Source of the DNA: Candidatus Aldehydirespirator sp.
GTDB lineage: Bacteria > Actinomycetota > Acidimicrobiia > Acidimicrobiales > Aldehydirespiratoraceae
Reading direction: 5' to 3'
Assembly: GCA_965205155.1 (NCBI GenBank)
Contig: OZ242033.1
Location: forward strand, 1,460,590-1,524,589
DNA: 64,000 nt
Shown here: in pieces, positions 9,519 through 18,577 of the stretch
How the letters are laid out: each line of letters begins with the position of its first letter
Position numbering within the stretch: position 1 is the first letter of the stretch
The notes under the pieces: generated by a model
Seen by the model: the letters and a program-made list of their open reading frames with translations, nothing else
Database searches by the model: none
What the model was told of the DNA's origin: nothing
Made by a program: the position numbers and the translations under genes

Positions 9519-9614
9519 TTCTCCGCTCCTGTTCGCTCCGCTCACGGGCCGCTCGGGCCACGGCCTCGCTCGGCTTCTGCCGGATGTGATCATGGCAACA
9601 GGCTCGGCCTCTAG
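9519..9614 (-). repeat. copy C (reverse orientation, 3'-truncated) of the 125-nt intergenic repeat family 2
   Basis: The reverse complement reads CTAGAGGCCGAGC...GCGAGGCCGTGGCCCGAGCGGCCCGTGAGCGGAGCGAACAGGAGCGGAGAA. This has 3 differences from the 63-nt core shared by copies at 56024 and 63794. It starts on the TAG stop of the upstream gene. Confidence 0.9.
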
Positions 9615-12076
9615 GCCCGCAGCCGGGTGTTCGTCGGATCGTGGACGGCCTCGTCCAGCACGCGGGCCGGCCGCAGGTCACCGACGACCCGGACCTCCAG
9701 CGCAGTGCCGGGCTCGGCGTGCTGGGGGGCCAGATAGGCGAAAGCCAGACTCTGGCCGGTGTGGAAACCGTAGGCGCCGGAGGTCACCAGGCCCACGGCC
9801 TCCCCGCCGGCGCAGACGCCGTCGGCTGCGTGCACATCGGCGTCGCCGGCTTCCACGGCCAGATAGGCGAGCCGCCACCGGTAGGGCTCGTCGCCCGAGG
9901 CCGCCCCGGCCCGGCGGGCCAGCAGCGCGTCGCGGCCCACGAAGTCGCCCTTGTCGGTCTTCACGAACCGGTGCAGCCCGGCCTCGTCCGGGTTGACGTC
10001 GTGGGTGAGCTCGCGGCTGGTGAAATAGCGCTTCTCCATGCGCAGCGAGTCCAGCGCATGGTTGCCCGCGTCGGCCACCCCCAACGGCTCGCCCGCGGCC
10101 CGAAGCGCGTCGTAGGCGGTGCCGAGATCCTCCACCGGCATATGGAGCTCCCAACCGAGCTCGCCGGTGAACCCCACCCTCAGAGCCCGCACGTTCGGCA
10201 CGCCGGCCACCGTGATGATCTGCGCCCGCAACCATCCGAAGGCCTCGTTGCCCAGATCGGCGTCGGTGAGGCCGGCAAGCAGTTGTCGGGCCTCGGGCCC
10301 GGTGACGTTGAGCACCCCCAACTCCATGGACCGGGTCACCAGCTCGGCGTCGGCGCCGCTGGGCCAGTGCGTCTCGAAGAACTCCCGATCCTTGCCCTCG
10401 CCGGCGGCGGCCGACACCAGGTAGAGATGGTCGGAAGCCAGACGGGTGACGGTCAGTTCGCTCTCGATGCGAGCCTGCGGCGTCAGCAGGTATGTCAGGC
10501 CGATGCGTCCCACCGCGGGAACGGTGTTGGTGGTGAGGCGGTCGAGCACCGCGGCCGCGTCGGGGCCTATCAGGTCGAACTTGGCGAAGGCGGTGGCGTC
10601 GAGGATCCCGACCCGCTCCCGAACGGCCCGGCACTCCTCGGCCACAGCGTCGAACCAGCCGGTGTGGCGGAACGAGACCATGTCGTGGGTGGGCAGCCCG
10701 GCCGCGGCCGGGAACCACTTGGGGCGCTCCCAGCCGTAGACCTGGGTGAACACCGCGCCCTTGGCGTGCAGGCGCCCATAGAGGGGGGTGGTGCGGTAGG
10801 GACGCCCGGCCGGCCGCTCGAGGCCGGGCAACGGTGTCTGGTGGCGGTACTGGTGGTCCTCGGCCCCCTTCACCCGGCCGTAGGACATGATGTCGGCGCG
10901 GTCGATGTAGCCGAACCGGCGGGCGTCGTAGGCCCGCACGCTCACGCCGGTGGTGCCGTGCACCATCCAGCGGGCCAGCTCCCGGCCCAGGCCCGGACCG
11001 TCGGCGATGCCGACCTGCACGCCCACCATCTGCCAGAAGTTGGGCACGCCCGACGGCCCCAGCAGCGGCTCGCCGTCGGGCGGGTACGAGATGGCGCCGC
11101 AGATGACCTGCTTGATGCCCAGCGGCTCCAGCACCGGCATGCGCTCGAAGGCCCGGGCCAGCCACAGGCCGACCCGGTCGAAATCAGCGTCGAACAAGGG
11201 GTTCTCCAGCGACCATTCCGGTCCATCGCCGTCGTGCCAGACGGCCTCGGCGCCGGCCTGCTCGTAGATCCCGATCAGGCCCGACTGCTGCTCCTGGCGC
11301 AGGTACCCCGACACGTAGTCGTCGCGCACCACCGGCAGCTCGCGGTCGAGGTCGGCGAACTCGGGCACCGGCTCGGTCAGAAGGTAGGTGTGCAACACGT
11401 TGGCGATGGGCACGTCAAGCCCGACCATGCGGGCCACCCGGTGCGCGTAGCAGCCGGCCGCGTTCACGACGTGCTCGGCATGCACGGTGCCCCGCTCGGT
11501 GTCCACGTCGAAGCTGCCGTCGCGGCGCCGCCTGATGCTCAGCACCCGGTTGCGCCGGCTGACGGCCGCACCCAGGTTGCGAGCGGCCCGCACCATGGCG
11601 TTGGCCGCGCCGGCGGGGTCGACGTGACCGTCGTCGGGCGTGTGGACCGCGCCGAGCATCCGGTCGGTCACGTAGAACGGATGGAGCTGAGCGATCCTCG
11701 ACGGCGAGACCCACTCCAGGGCGTTGCCCACGTAGGTGGCCGGGCCGAGCTGGGCCCGCAGCCAGTCGACCTCCTCGGCGTTGTAGGCCACCCGCAGGCT
11801 GCCGCTGCGATGCCACGAGGTGGCCACGCCGCTCTCGTCCTCCAGCGAGGCGTACAGCTCGCAGGCGTAGCGGCGGAACTCGGCCAGTGCGTAGCTCGAC
11901 ACCGAGTGGGTGACCTGGCCCGCCGCATGCCAGGTCGAGCCCGAGGTGAGCTCGGCCTTCTCGACGAGGAGGGTGTCGGCCCACCCCTCGTGGGCGAGGT
12001 GGTACAGCGCGCTGGCCCCGCAGATCCCGCCGCCGATGATCACGACCCGGACCGAGTCCGGCAGTCCTGCAGTCAC
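9611..12076 (-). CDS. FAD-dependent oxidoreductase fused to a GcvT-type aminomethyltransferase domain (dimethylglycine/sarcosine dehydrogenase-like)
   Basis: GTG start. N-terminal dinucleotide fold is VVIIGGGICGASALYHLA...GSTWHAAG. The 821-aa length and C-terminal half (FTGELGWELHMP, GAYGFHTGQSLAFAY) are typical of GcvT folate-binding domains. Confidence 0.85.
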   Translation of the reverse strand: MTAGLPDSVRVVIIGGGICGASALYHLAHEGWADTLLVEKAELTSGSTWHAAGQVTHSVSSYALAEFRRYACELYASLEDESGVATSWHRSGSLRVAYNAEEVDWLRAQLGPATYVGNALEWVSPSRIAQLHPFYVTDRMLGAVHTPDDGHVDPAGAANAMVRAARNLGAAVSRRNRVLSIRRRRDGSFDVDTERGTVHAEHVVNAAGCYAHRVARMVGLDVPIANVLHTYLLTEPVPEFADLDRELPVVRDDYVSGYLRQEQQSGLIGIYEQAGAEAVWHDGDGPEWSLENPLFDADFDRVGLWLARAFERMPVLEPLGIKQVICGAISYPPDGEPLLGPSGVPNFWQMVGVQVGIADGPGLGRELARWMVHGTTGVSVRAYDARRFGYIDRADIMSYGRVKGAEDHQYRHQTPLPGLERPAGRPYRTTPLYGRLHAKGAVFTQVYGWERPKWFPAAAGLPTHDMVSFRHTGWFDAVAEECRAVRERVGILDATAFAKFDLIGPDAAAVLDRLTTNTVPAVGRIGLTYLLTPQARIESELTVTRLASDHLYLVSAAAGEGKDREFFETHWPSGADAELVTRSMELGVLNVTGPEARQLLAGLTDADLGNEAFGWLRAQIITVAGVPNVRALRVGFTGELGWELHMPVEDLGTAYDALRAAGEPLGVADAGNHALDSLRMEKRYFTSRELTHDVNPDEAGLHRFVKTDKGDFVGRDALLARRAGAASGDEPYRWRLAYLAVEAGDADVHAADGVCAGGEAVGLVTSGAYGFHTGQSLAFAYLAPQHAEPGTALEVRVVGDLRPARVLDEAVHDPTNTRLRA

Positions 12077-12166
12077 CGGTGCGAAACTTATCCCCCCGGA
12101 TCGGGCAAACTACGTGATCAAGCGCCGGCCAACCGACGGCGTCAGGACAGGACACAGGAGGCGGAT

Positions 12167-13279
12167 GTGCACTTCTCGCACCCTGCTCTGGCTGCTCCGG
12201 AGTTCTACGTGCCCGGCCTGCCCGCCGACTATGTGGCCGAGCGCTACGGGATCGGCGCCGACGACATCGCCAAGCTCGGCTCCGCGGAGAATCCCCTGGG
12301 CGCCTCGCCGCTGGCCGTGCAGGCGATCCGGGAGCGGTTGGACGACCTGCACCTGTACCCGTCCTGGACGGCCGAGCCGCTGCGAGAGAAGATCTCGCTC
12401 GTCTACGGCGTCGAACCCGAGCGGGTGATGTGCGGAGCGGGCGAGACCGAGATCATCTCATGGCTCATCCGGGCGTTCTGCGAGCCGGGCGGGCGCATCC
12501 AGATGCCCGGTCCGTGCTTCCCGATCTACCACCTGTTCGCCGAGGCCGAGGACCGGGTGCCGGTCCTGGTGCACGACGCCACCGACCGAGCCACGATGGC
12601 GGTGGACGTCGACGCCTACATCGACGCCATCAGCGACGACACCCGGATCGTGTTCGTCACCAACCCGCACAGCCCTTCGGGCACATGGATGACCGAGCGC
12701 GACGTGCGGCGCGTCGTCGAGGCGGCACCCACCGCGCTGGTGGTCCTCGACGAGGCCTACGTGCACTACTCCCACACTCCCGGGTACATCCACCTGGTCG
12801 ACGACTACGACAACTTGGTGGTGCTGCGCACGTTCTCCAAGGCGTTCGGCCTCGCGGGCCTGCGGGTCGGTTTCGGTGTCGGACCGAAGCCGGCGGTCGA
12901 CGCGTGCCTGGCGGTCAAGCCGACGTGGAATATGGGCGTGCTCCAGACGGCCGGCGCGGCCGCCGCGCTCGACGACAAGGACCATCTCGACGCCACCGTG
13001 GCGATGATCTCGAAGGGTCGGGACCATGCGCAGGGCCGCTTCGCCGAACTCGACCGCTTCCGGATGGTTCCGGGCAGCCGGTCCAACTTCTTCCTGGTGG
13101 AGATCCTGGATCCAGGCACCGATTCCACCAAGGTGTTCGAAGGGCTGCTGGAGCGAGGCGTGATCGTCAAGGACGGCTCGGTGTCGTTCCGGGGCCTCAA
13201 CCGGCGCTTCCTGCGCTGCGACGCCAACCGGCCCGATCGCATGGACCGACTCGTGGACGCACTGGCGGACCTGCCGTGA
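12167..13279 (+). CDS. class-II PLP aminotransferase (histidinol-phosphate aminotransferase family)
   Basis: GTG start 7 nt after AGGAG. Motifs are SAENPLG, VTNPHSPSG, LDEAYVHYS and RTFSKAFGLAGLRVGF (PLP lysine). The 1212-aa ORF in the track is an antisense-extended artefact; only its last 370 codons are this gene. Confidence 0.8.
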   Translation: MHFSHPALAAPEFYVPGLPADYVAERYGIGADDIAKLGSAENPLGASPLAVQAIRERLDDLHLYPSWTAEPLREKISLVYGVEPERVMCGAGETEIISWLIRAFCEPGGRIQMPGPCFPIYHLFAEAEDRVPVLVHDATDRATMAVDVDAYIDAISDDTRIVFVTNPHSPSGTWMTERDVRRVVEAAPTALVVLDEAYVHYSHTPGYIHLVDDYDNLVVLRTFSKAFGLAGLRVGFGVGPKPAVDACLAVKPTWNMGVLQTAGAAAALDDKDHLDATVAMISKGRDHAQGRFAELDRFRMVPGSRSNFFLVEILDPGTDSTKVFEGLLERGVIVKDGSVSFRGLNRRFLRCDANRPDRMDRLVDALADLP

Positions 13280-13300
13280 CCAGCGAAGGGGGCTAGGGCT

Positions 13301-14497
13301 GTGGCTGACGACAGCGTTACATCCGACGCGCCGCGGCGGCGTGGGCTGGCGGCCCGCTATTACACCGACGGCGAGGTCTTCGCCGCGGAGATGGACCGGG
13401 TGTTCGCCCGGAACTGGGTGATGGTGGGCCACGTGTCGGAAGTCGCCGAGCCGGGGATGGTCATCGCGGCGCGCGTCGGCGATGAGAGTGTGCTGGTGGT
13501 TAACGACGCCGGACAGCTCCGGGCCATGTTCAACGTGTGCCAGCACCGCGGCCACGAACTGGTCACGTCCAAGACGGCCCGCCTCGACCGGATCACCTGC
13601 CCCTACCACGCTTGGACGTACGGGCTCGACGGGCACCTGCTGCACGCCCGCGGCGAGGACGTGGGCGACGTGTGCGTCCCCGGTGTGCGGCTCGAGACCC
13701 TGGGCGGGTTCATGTTCGTGAACCTGTCGGCGGACGCCGCTGCGCTGGCCGCGGTCGCCCCTGGAGTGCAGGACGAACTCCTCGCCCGGGTGCCGGACGC
13801 GCCCCGACGGGTGCTGTCGGCCCGGCTCACCCACGAGATGCGGGCCAACTGGAAGGTGGTGGTGGAGAACTACAACGAGTGCTACCACTGCCCCAACGTC
13901 CACAAGTGGTTCACGTCAGGGGTGGTGGCTCCCGGCAGCTACTGGATCGCGTCGGACGGCTCGGTGACGCGCCACGGCGCCGACCGCCCCAGCCGACCGC
14001 CCGCCTGGACCGGCGCCGACGCCGCCGGCGACGGCACCGACAATGGGGACGGAGCCGGCGATGGCATGGTCCAGACTGTCGGGGCCGGACACGAGGCCGC
14101 CGCCGGACGCCGGACCGGCAACGTCGAGGCTGCCGGGGACGGCTACAGGGCGTTCTTCGTGTGGCCGGTGTCGGCCATCCAGTGCTATCCCGGCGAAGTG
14201 GTCAACACCTTCCGCTGGGTGCCGTTGGCGGTGGACCGCACCCTGCTGATCCGTGAGTGGTGGTTCGACACCGCCGATCTGACCGAGGCCCAGTCGCGGC
14301 TCGTCTCCGACGACTGGGAGAACACTGTCGCCGAGGACTTCGGGATCGTCGAGTCCGTGCAGCGTGGCGTCGCCAGCCGCGGCTACCGCCCGGGACCGTT
14401 GATCGAGGACCCGAGCGGCGTGTGCGGGGTGCACAGCGAGAACTCGGTGCGCCACCTCCAGGAACTTCTATTGGCGTCACTCGACGACATGGCGTGA
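13301..14497 (+). CDS. Rieske [2Fe-2S] oxygenase alpha subunit (GbcA/Stc2-like N-demethylating monooxygenase candidate)
   Basis: Rieske motif CQHRGHELV...CPYHAWTYGLDG and mononuclear-iron motif NWKVVVENYNECYHCPNVH. It contains a G/D/A-rich low-complexity insert of about 55 aa (nt 13976-14143). Confidence 0.8.
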   Translation: MADDSVTSDAPRRRGLAARYYTDGEVFAAEMDRVFARNWVMVGHVSEVAEPGMVIAARVGDESVLVVNDAGQLRAMFNVCQHRGHELVTSKTARLDRITCPYHAWTYGLDGHLLHARGEDVGDVCVPGVRLETLGGFMFVNLSADAAALAAVAPGVQDELLARVPDAPRRVLSARLTHEMRANWKVVVENYNECYHCPNVHKWFTSGVVAPGSYWIASDGSVTRHGADRPSRPPAWTGADAAGDGTDNGDGAGDGMVQTVGAGHEAAAGRRTGNVEAAGDGYRAFFVWPVSAIQCYPGEVVNTFRWVPLAVDRTLLIREWWFDTADLTEAQSRLVSDDWENTVAEDFGIVESVQRGVASRGYRPGPLIEDPSGVCGVHSENSVRHLQELLLASLDDMA

Positions 14498-14567
14498 CGA
14501 AGTCCGGGCCTGGCCCCGCCCTCACCGCTCGCGTTGAGGCCGGTGCCTCCGTCGTGTGGAGAGTGCC

Positions 14568-15962
14568 ATGACATCCGGGCCGAGTTCCGCCCTCGACGGC
14601 CCGGAGTCCCATGAGGGGTCCTTGTCGCAGGAGCTCGCCGAGTTCTTGAGCGGCTTGCACAGCCGGATCGGCCCGGCCCACATCGCAGCGGCCCGCAACT
14701 GCGTGATCGACACTCTTGGTGCCATCGCCTACGGGGTCGATCAGCAATGGTCGCAGGCCGCGGCCCGCTACGCCCTCGCCACCGGAGGTGAGGGGCCCTC
14801 GACCGTCGTGGGGTGGGACCGCAGCGCCACGCCGGCCATGGCCGCCTTCGCCAACGGCGCCGCGGCCCACGCCTTCGAACTCGACGACGTCCACGAGGAG
14901 GCTGTCAACCATCCCGGTGCGGTGGTGGTGCCGGCCGCCCTCGCGGTGACCGAGGAGACCGGCGCCTCCGGTCTGGCATTCCTGGAGGCGGTGGTGGTCG
15001 GGTATGAGGCCATGGGAAGGGCCGGTTTGGCGGTCGGGCCTCTCTCGCACATGCTGGCCGGCTTCCATCCCACCTCGATGTCGGGAGTGTTCGGAGCAGC
15101 CGCGGCGGCCGCCCACCTCCACGGCTTCGACGCGGCCCGCCTGAACGACGCCTTCGGCATCGCGGCCTCGCTGGCGTCGGGGACGATGGAGTTCGCAGCC
15201 TCGGGCGGGATGGCCAAGCGGATCCACGCGGGACGGGCCGCCGAGGGCGGCATCATGGCCGCCTCGCTGGCCGCGGACGGGTTCGAGGGGGCCCGTGACG
15301 GTCTGGCCGGAACCTACGGGTTCTGCCGGGTGTTCACCGACGATCCCCGCCCCGAACTGCTTGTCCGAGAACTCGGCCGGCGCTGGATGATCGACGAGAT
15401 CACGATCAAGCCCTACGCGGCCTGCAGCGACGTCCATGCCATGATCCAGGCCACCGCGGAGTTGGTTGCCTCCCACGGCATCACTGCCGAGCAGATCGAC
15501 CGTATCGCGGTGCACGGTCCGACCAAGGCTGCCGAACTCAACGACATGGACGGCACCACCTCGGTGATGGCCGCCCAGTACTCCGCCCGGTTCAACATCG
15601 CGGCCGCAGTGCTGGCCGACCCGGCCGACCCCGGCACCTATCATCCCGACCGCATCTCCGACCCAGCGCTGGCAGCCTTGCAGGCCAAGGTGGCCACGAC
15701 GGTGCCCGATCCGGCCTTCGACGCCACCTACGCCTGGAAGCAGGGGGCTCGGGTAGAGATCACCACCACCGACGGCCGGGTGCTGGAACGGACCGTCCAC
15801 GGACAGCGGGGATCGATGCACGACCCGCTCAGCGACGAAGAGATCGAGCGCAAGTTCCACACGCTGGCCGGCAGTCGCCTCGACCCAGGCATCCCCGACA
15901 TCGTTCGCTCGTTGCCGGACCGTCCGCTCAAGGACCTGACTCGTCACCTTCGACTGGGATGA
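14568..15962 (+). CDS. MmgE/PrpD family protein (2-methylcitrate dehydratase-like)
   Basis: About 465 aa. The N-terminal pattern (IAAARNCVIDTLGAIAYG) and central FHPTSMSGVFGAAAAAAHL are typical of the PrpD fold. Confidence 0.75.
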   Translation: MTSGPSSALDGPESHEGSLSQELAEFLSGLHSRIGPAHIAAARNCVIDTLGAIAYGVDQQWSQAAARYALATGGEGPSTVVGWDRSATPAMAAFANGAAAHAFELDDVHEEAVNHPGAVVVPAALAVTEETGASGLAFLEAVVVGYEAMGRAGLAVGPLSHMLAGFHPTSMSGVFGAAAAAAHLHGFDAARLNDAFGIAASLASGTMEFAASGGMAKRIHAGRAAEGGIMAASLAADGFEGARDGLAGTYGFCRVFTDDPRPELLVRELGRRWMIDEITIKPYAACSDVHAMIQATAELVASHGITAEQIDRIAVHGPTKAAELNDMDGTTSVMAAQYSARFNIAAAVLADPADPGTYHPDRISDPALAALQAKVATTVPDPAFDATYAWKQGARVEITTTDGRVLERTVHGQRGSMHDPLSDEEIERKFHTLAGSRLDPGIPDIVRSLPDRPLKDLTRHLRLG

Positions 15963-15977
15963 ACGGTGCGCAACCCA

Positions 15978-16028
15978 GGAATTGGCAGCGTTTTGCTCGC
16001 TATGCGTGCGTATTGCTGCAAGTTCGCG
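15978..16028 (+). repeat. repeat family 1 (hairpin-forming 50-nt intergenic element), copy 1
   Basis: GGAATTGGCAGCGTTTTGCTCGCTATGCGTGCGTATTGCTGCAAGTTCGCG. The ends GAATTGGCAGC / GCTGCAAGTTC form an imperfect inverted repeat. Confidence 0.9.
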
Positions 16029-16048
16029 GCGGACCGGCGGGTGCCAGG

Positions 16049-16099
16049 GGAATTGGCAGCGTTTTGCTCGCTATGCGTGCGTATTGCTGCCAGTTCGCG
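16049..16099 (+). repeat. repeat family 1, copy 2 (71 nt downstream of copy 1, one mismatch)
   Basis: Identical to copy 1 except one base (GCTGCCAGTTC). Confidence 0.9.
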
Positions 16100-16152
16100 T
16101 CGCCTCGGGGTCCGTGGTTGTACGGGCCGTCCCCGGCGGGCAGGCTGACGCG

Positions 16153-16941
16153 GTGACCGCGCTTGACTTGAGTGGGGACTTTGCGGGCAGGGTTGGCGCT
16201 GCGCTGGTGGTGGGGGGCAGCGGCGGTCTCGGCTCGGTGATCGCGGTGGAGCTGGCCGCCCGCGGCAGCGACATGGCCCTCACGTACCGCAGCAACGCCG
16301 ACGCGGCCGCCGCCACCGCGGCCGAGATCGAGCGACTTGGACGCCGGAGCTGGCTCGCGGCCGTCGACCTCACGGATGACGAGGGGGTGGCCGCGGCAGT
16401 TACGGAGTTGGCCGGGGTGGCGGGCGGCCTGCACACCATGGTGTACGCGGCCGGCCCTCATGTCCCGCAGGTTCACCTGAGCCGGGTGCAGCCGTCGGCG
16501 ATGCGAGACCAACTCGACGCCGACGCGGCCGGGTTCTTCGCCGCGGCCTCAGCCGCGCTGCCTCACCTGCGCCAGTCCAGGGGCAGCATCGTGGCCGTCA
16601 CCACGGCCGGTCTCGGACGGTTCCCGGTGCGCGACGGCTTGAGCACCGTTCCCAAGGCCGCCGTCGAGGCCGCGGTTCGAGGTCTGGCCGCGGAGGAGGG
16701 GCGCTTCGGCGTGCGAGCCAACAGCGTGGGGCCCGGGATGCTGAGCGACGGCATGGCCCGGCGCCTGATGGCCTCGGGCGACCTGGACGACAGGGCGCTC
16801 AATGCGGCCCGGGCCAACATTCCCATGCGCAGCTTCGGCACGGCGGCCGACATCGCCGAGGCGGTGTGCTTCCTGGCCTCGGACCGGGCTCGCTACATCA
16901 CCGGCCAGCACCTGGCCGTCGACGGCGGCTACACGGCCTGA
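16153..16941 (+). CDS. short-chain dehydrogenase/reductase family oxidoreductase
   Basis: VVGGSGGLGSVIAVELAARG dinucleotide motif and a C-terminal ITGQHLAVDGG motif. The GTG start was chosen downstream of the repeat elements that inflate the ORF. Confidence 0.75.
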   Translation: MTALDLSGDFAGRVGAALVVGGSGGLGSVIAVELAARGSDMALTYRSNADAAAATAAEIERLGRRSWLAAVDLTDDEGVAAAVTELAGVAGGLHTMVYAAGPHVPQVHLSRVQPSAMRDQLDADAAGFFAAASAALPHLRQSRGSIVAVTTAGLGRFPVRDGLSTVPKAAVEAAVRGLAAEEGRFGVRANSVGPGMLSDGMARRLMASGDLDDRALNAARANIPMRSFGTAADIAEAVCFLASDRARYITGQHLAVDGGYTA

Positions 16942-16990
16942 GCGCCGGCTCGGGGCCCTCCACCGCGCCGGCTCGGGTAGCGTCGGAGCG

Positions 16991-18544
16991 ATGTACCCCG
17001 GAGCACACGCCGCCGCGAATCCCGGCAAGCCGGCCGTCATCATGGCCGGGTCGGGGGAGACGATCACGTACGCCCAACTCGACGCCGAGGCCAACCAGGT
17101 GTCGCGCCTGTTCCGGGAGGCCGGACTGGCCCCCGGCGACCATGTGGCCTGGTGCCTGGAGAACCACCGCAACTTCCTGCCCCTGATGTGGGGGGCGCAC
17201 TACGCGGGACTGATCTACACGCCCATCAGCAGCCGTCTCACCACCGACGAGATCGCCTACATCGTCGACAACAGCGGCGCCCGGGTCTTCATCACTTCGC
17301 AGTACAAGGCCGTGCAGGCCGCCGAGTTGGCCGACCGGATGGACGGGGTCGAGCTGAGGCTCATGATGGACGATGTCGTCGACGGGTACGGCAGCTACGA
17401 GCAGGCTCTGGCCGCGGCGTCGCCGGAGCCCCTTGATGGCCGGGTGGCCGGCACCGACATGCTCTACAGCTCGGGCACCACCGGGCGCCCCAAGGGCGTG
17501 CTCAGCGCCTACGAGGCGGTTCCCATCGAGGAGGCCGAGTCGAGGGCGGCCATGATGTGCGTGCTGCTGCTCGCCATGTCCGACGAGTCGGTCTACCTGT
17601 CGCCGGCGCCCCTGTACCACGGCGCGCCGCTGCGCTTCACCATGGCCAACCATGTGATCGGCTCCACCGCGGTGATCATGGAGCGCTTCGACGCGGAGCA
17701 GTTCCTGGCCGCGATCGAGCGCTACTCGGTGACCCACACCCAGGTGGTGCCGACCATGTTCGTGCGGATGCTGAAGCTGCCCGACGAGAAGCGGCTGCGC
17801 TACGACCTGTCGTCGCTGGTTTCCGTGCTGCACGCGGCCGCGCCCTGCCCGGTGGAGGCCAAGCACCGGATGATCGAGTGGCTGGGGCCGATCATCAGCG
17901 AGTACTACGCGGGCACCGAGGGCAACGGGGCCACCTTCTGCGACAGCGAGCAGTGGCTGGCCCGCGAGGGCACGGTGGGGGTGCCGATCAACGGCGAGGT
18001 CCACATCGTGGACGAAGCCACCGGCCAGGAGGTTCCCGCCGGCGAGGAGGGTGCCGTCTACTTCGGTGAGGGCAACACCTTCGAGTACCACCTCGACGAC
18101 GAGAAGACCCGCAACTCCCGGCTGCCCAACGGCTGGTCCACCATCGGCGACGTGGGACGGGTCGACGACGACGGCTTCCTGTACCTCACCGACCGCAAGG
18201 CGTACATGATCATCTCCGGCGGGGTGAACGTGTACCCCCAGGAGGCCGAGAACCTGTTGACCATGCACCCCGCCGTGCTGGACGCAGCCGTCATCGGCGT
18301 GCCCGACGACGACCTGGGCGAGGTGCCCAAGGCGGTGGTCCAGCCCATGGACATGCCCGCCGGCGACGAGGCTGAGGCCGAGTTGGAGCGCGAGCTGATC
18401 GACTACTGCCGGGCCAGCCTGGCCTCGGTCAAGTGCCCTCGCACGGTCGACTTCCGCTCCGAGCTGCCCCGCGACGAGACGGGCAAGCTCTACAAGCGCC
18501 TGCTGCGCGACGAGTACTGGCAGGGCCAGAACCGCCGCATCTAG
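16991..18544 (+). CDS. AMP-dependent acyl-CoA synthetase/ligase
   Basis: AMP-binding signature YSSGTTGRPKGV, plus YYAGTEG, GDVGRVDDDGFLYLTDR and the C-terminal GKLYKRLLRD. Confidence 0.85.
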   Translation: MYPGAHAAANPGKPAVIMAGSGETITYAQLDAEANQVSRLFREAGLAPGDHVAWCLENHRNFLPLMWGAHYAGLIYTPISSRLTTDEIAYIVDNSGARVFITSQYKAVQAAELADRMDGVELRLMMDDVVDGYGSYEQALAAASPEPLDGRVAGTDMLYSSGTTGRPKGVLSAYEAVPIEEAESRAAMMCVLLLAMSDESVYLSPAPLYHGAPLRFTMANHVIGSTAVIMERFDAEQFLAAIERYSVTHTQVVPTMFVRMLKLPDEKRLRYDLSSLVSVLHAAAPCPVEAKHRMIEWLGPIISEYYAGTEGNGATFCDSEQWLAREGTVGVPINGEVHIVDEATGQEVPAGEEGAVYFGEGNTFEYHLDDEKTRNSRLPNGWSTIGDVGRVDDDGFLYLTDRKAYMIISGGVNVYPQEAENLLTMHPAVLDAAVIGVPDDDLGEVPKAVVQPMDMPAGDEAEAELERELIDYCRASLASVKCPRTVDFRSELPRDETGKLYKRLLRDEYWQGQNRRI

Positions 18545-18577
18545 CGGCCCACCGGCCCGTGATCCGGTGCGCTCGCT

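Noticed and set aside
9641-13279. 1212-aa ORF, the longest in the track
   Set aside because: Its first 840 codons run antisense to the well-supported DMGDH-like gene. They translate to Gly/Arg/Pro/Val-rich low-complexity sequence typical of open antisense frames in high-GC DNA. Only the last 370 codons (from GTG 12167, with an AGGAG RBS) form a recognisable aminotransferase.
15978-16099. Possible CRISPR array (two near-identical 51-nt repeats with a 20-nt spacer)
   Set aside because: There are only two adjacent units. The spacer is far too short. A third diverged copy sits 18 kb away. No cas genes are present. It behaves like a REP-type palindromic element.
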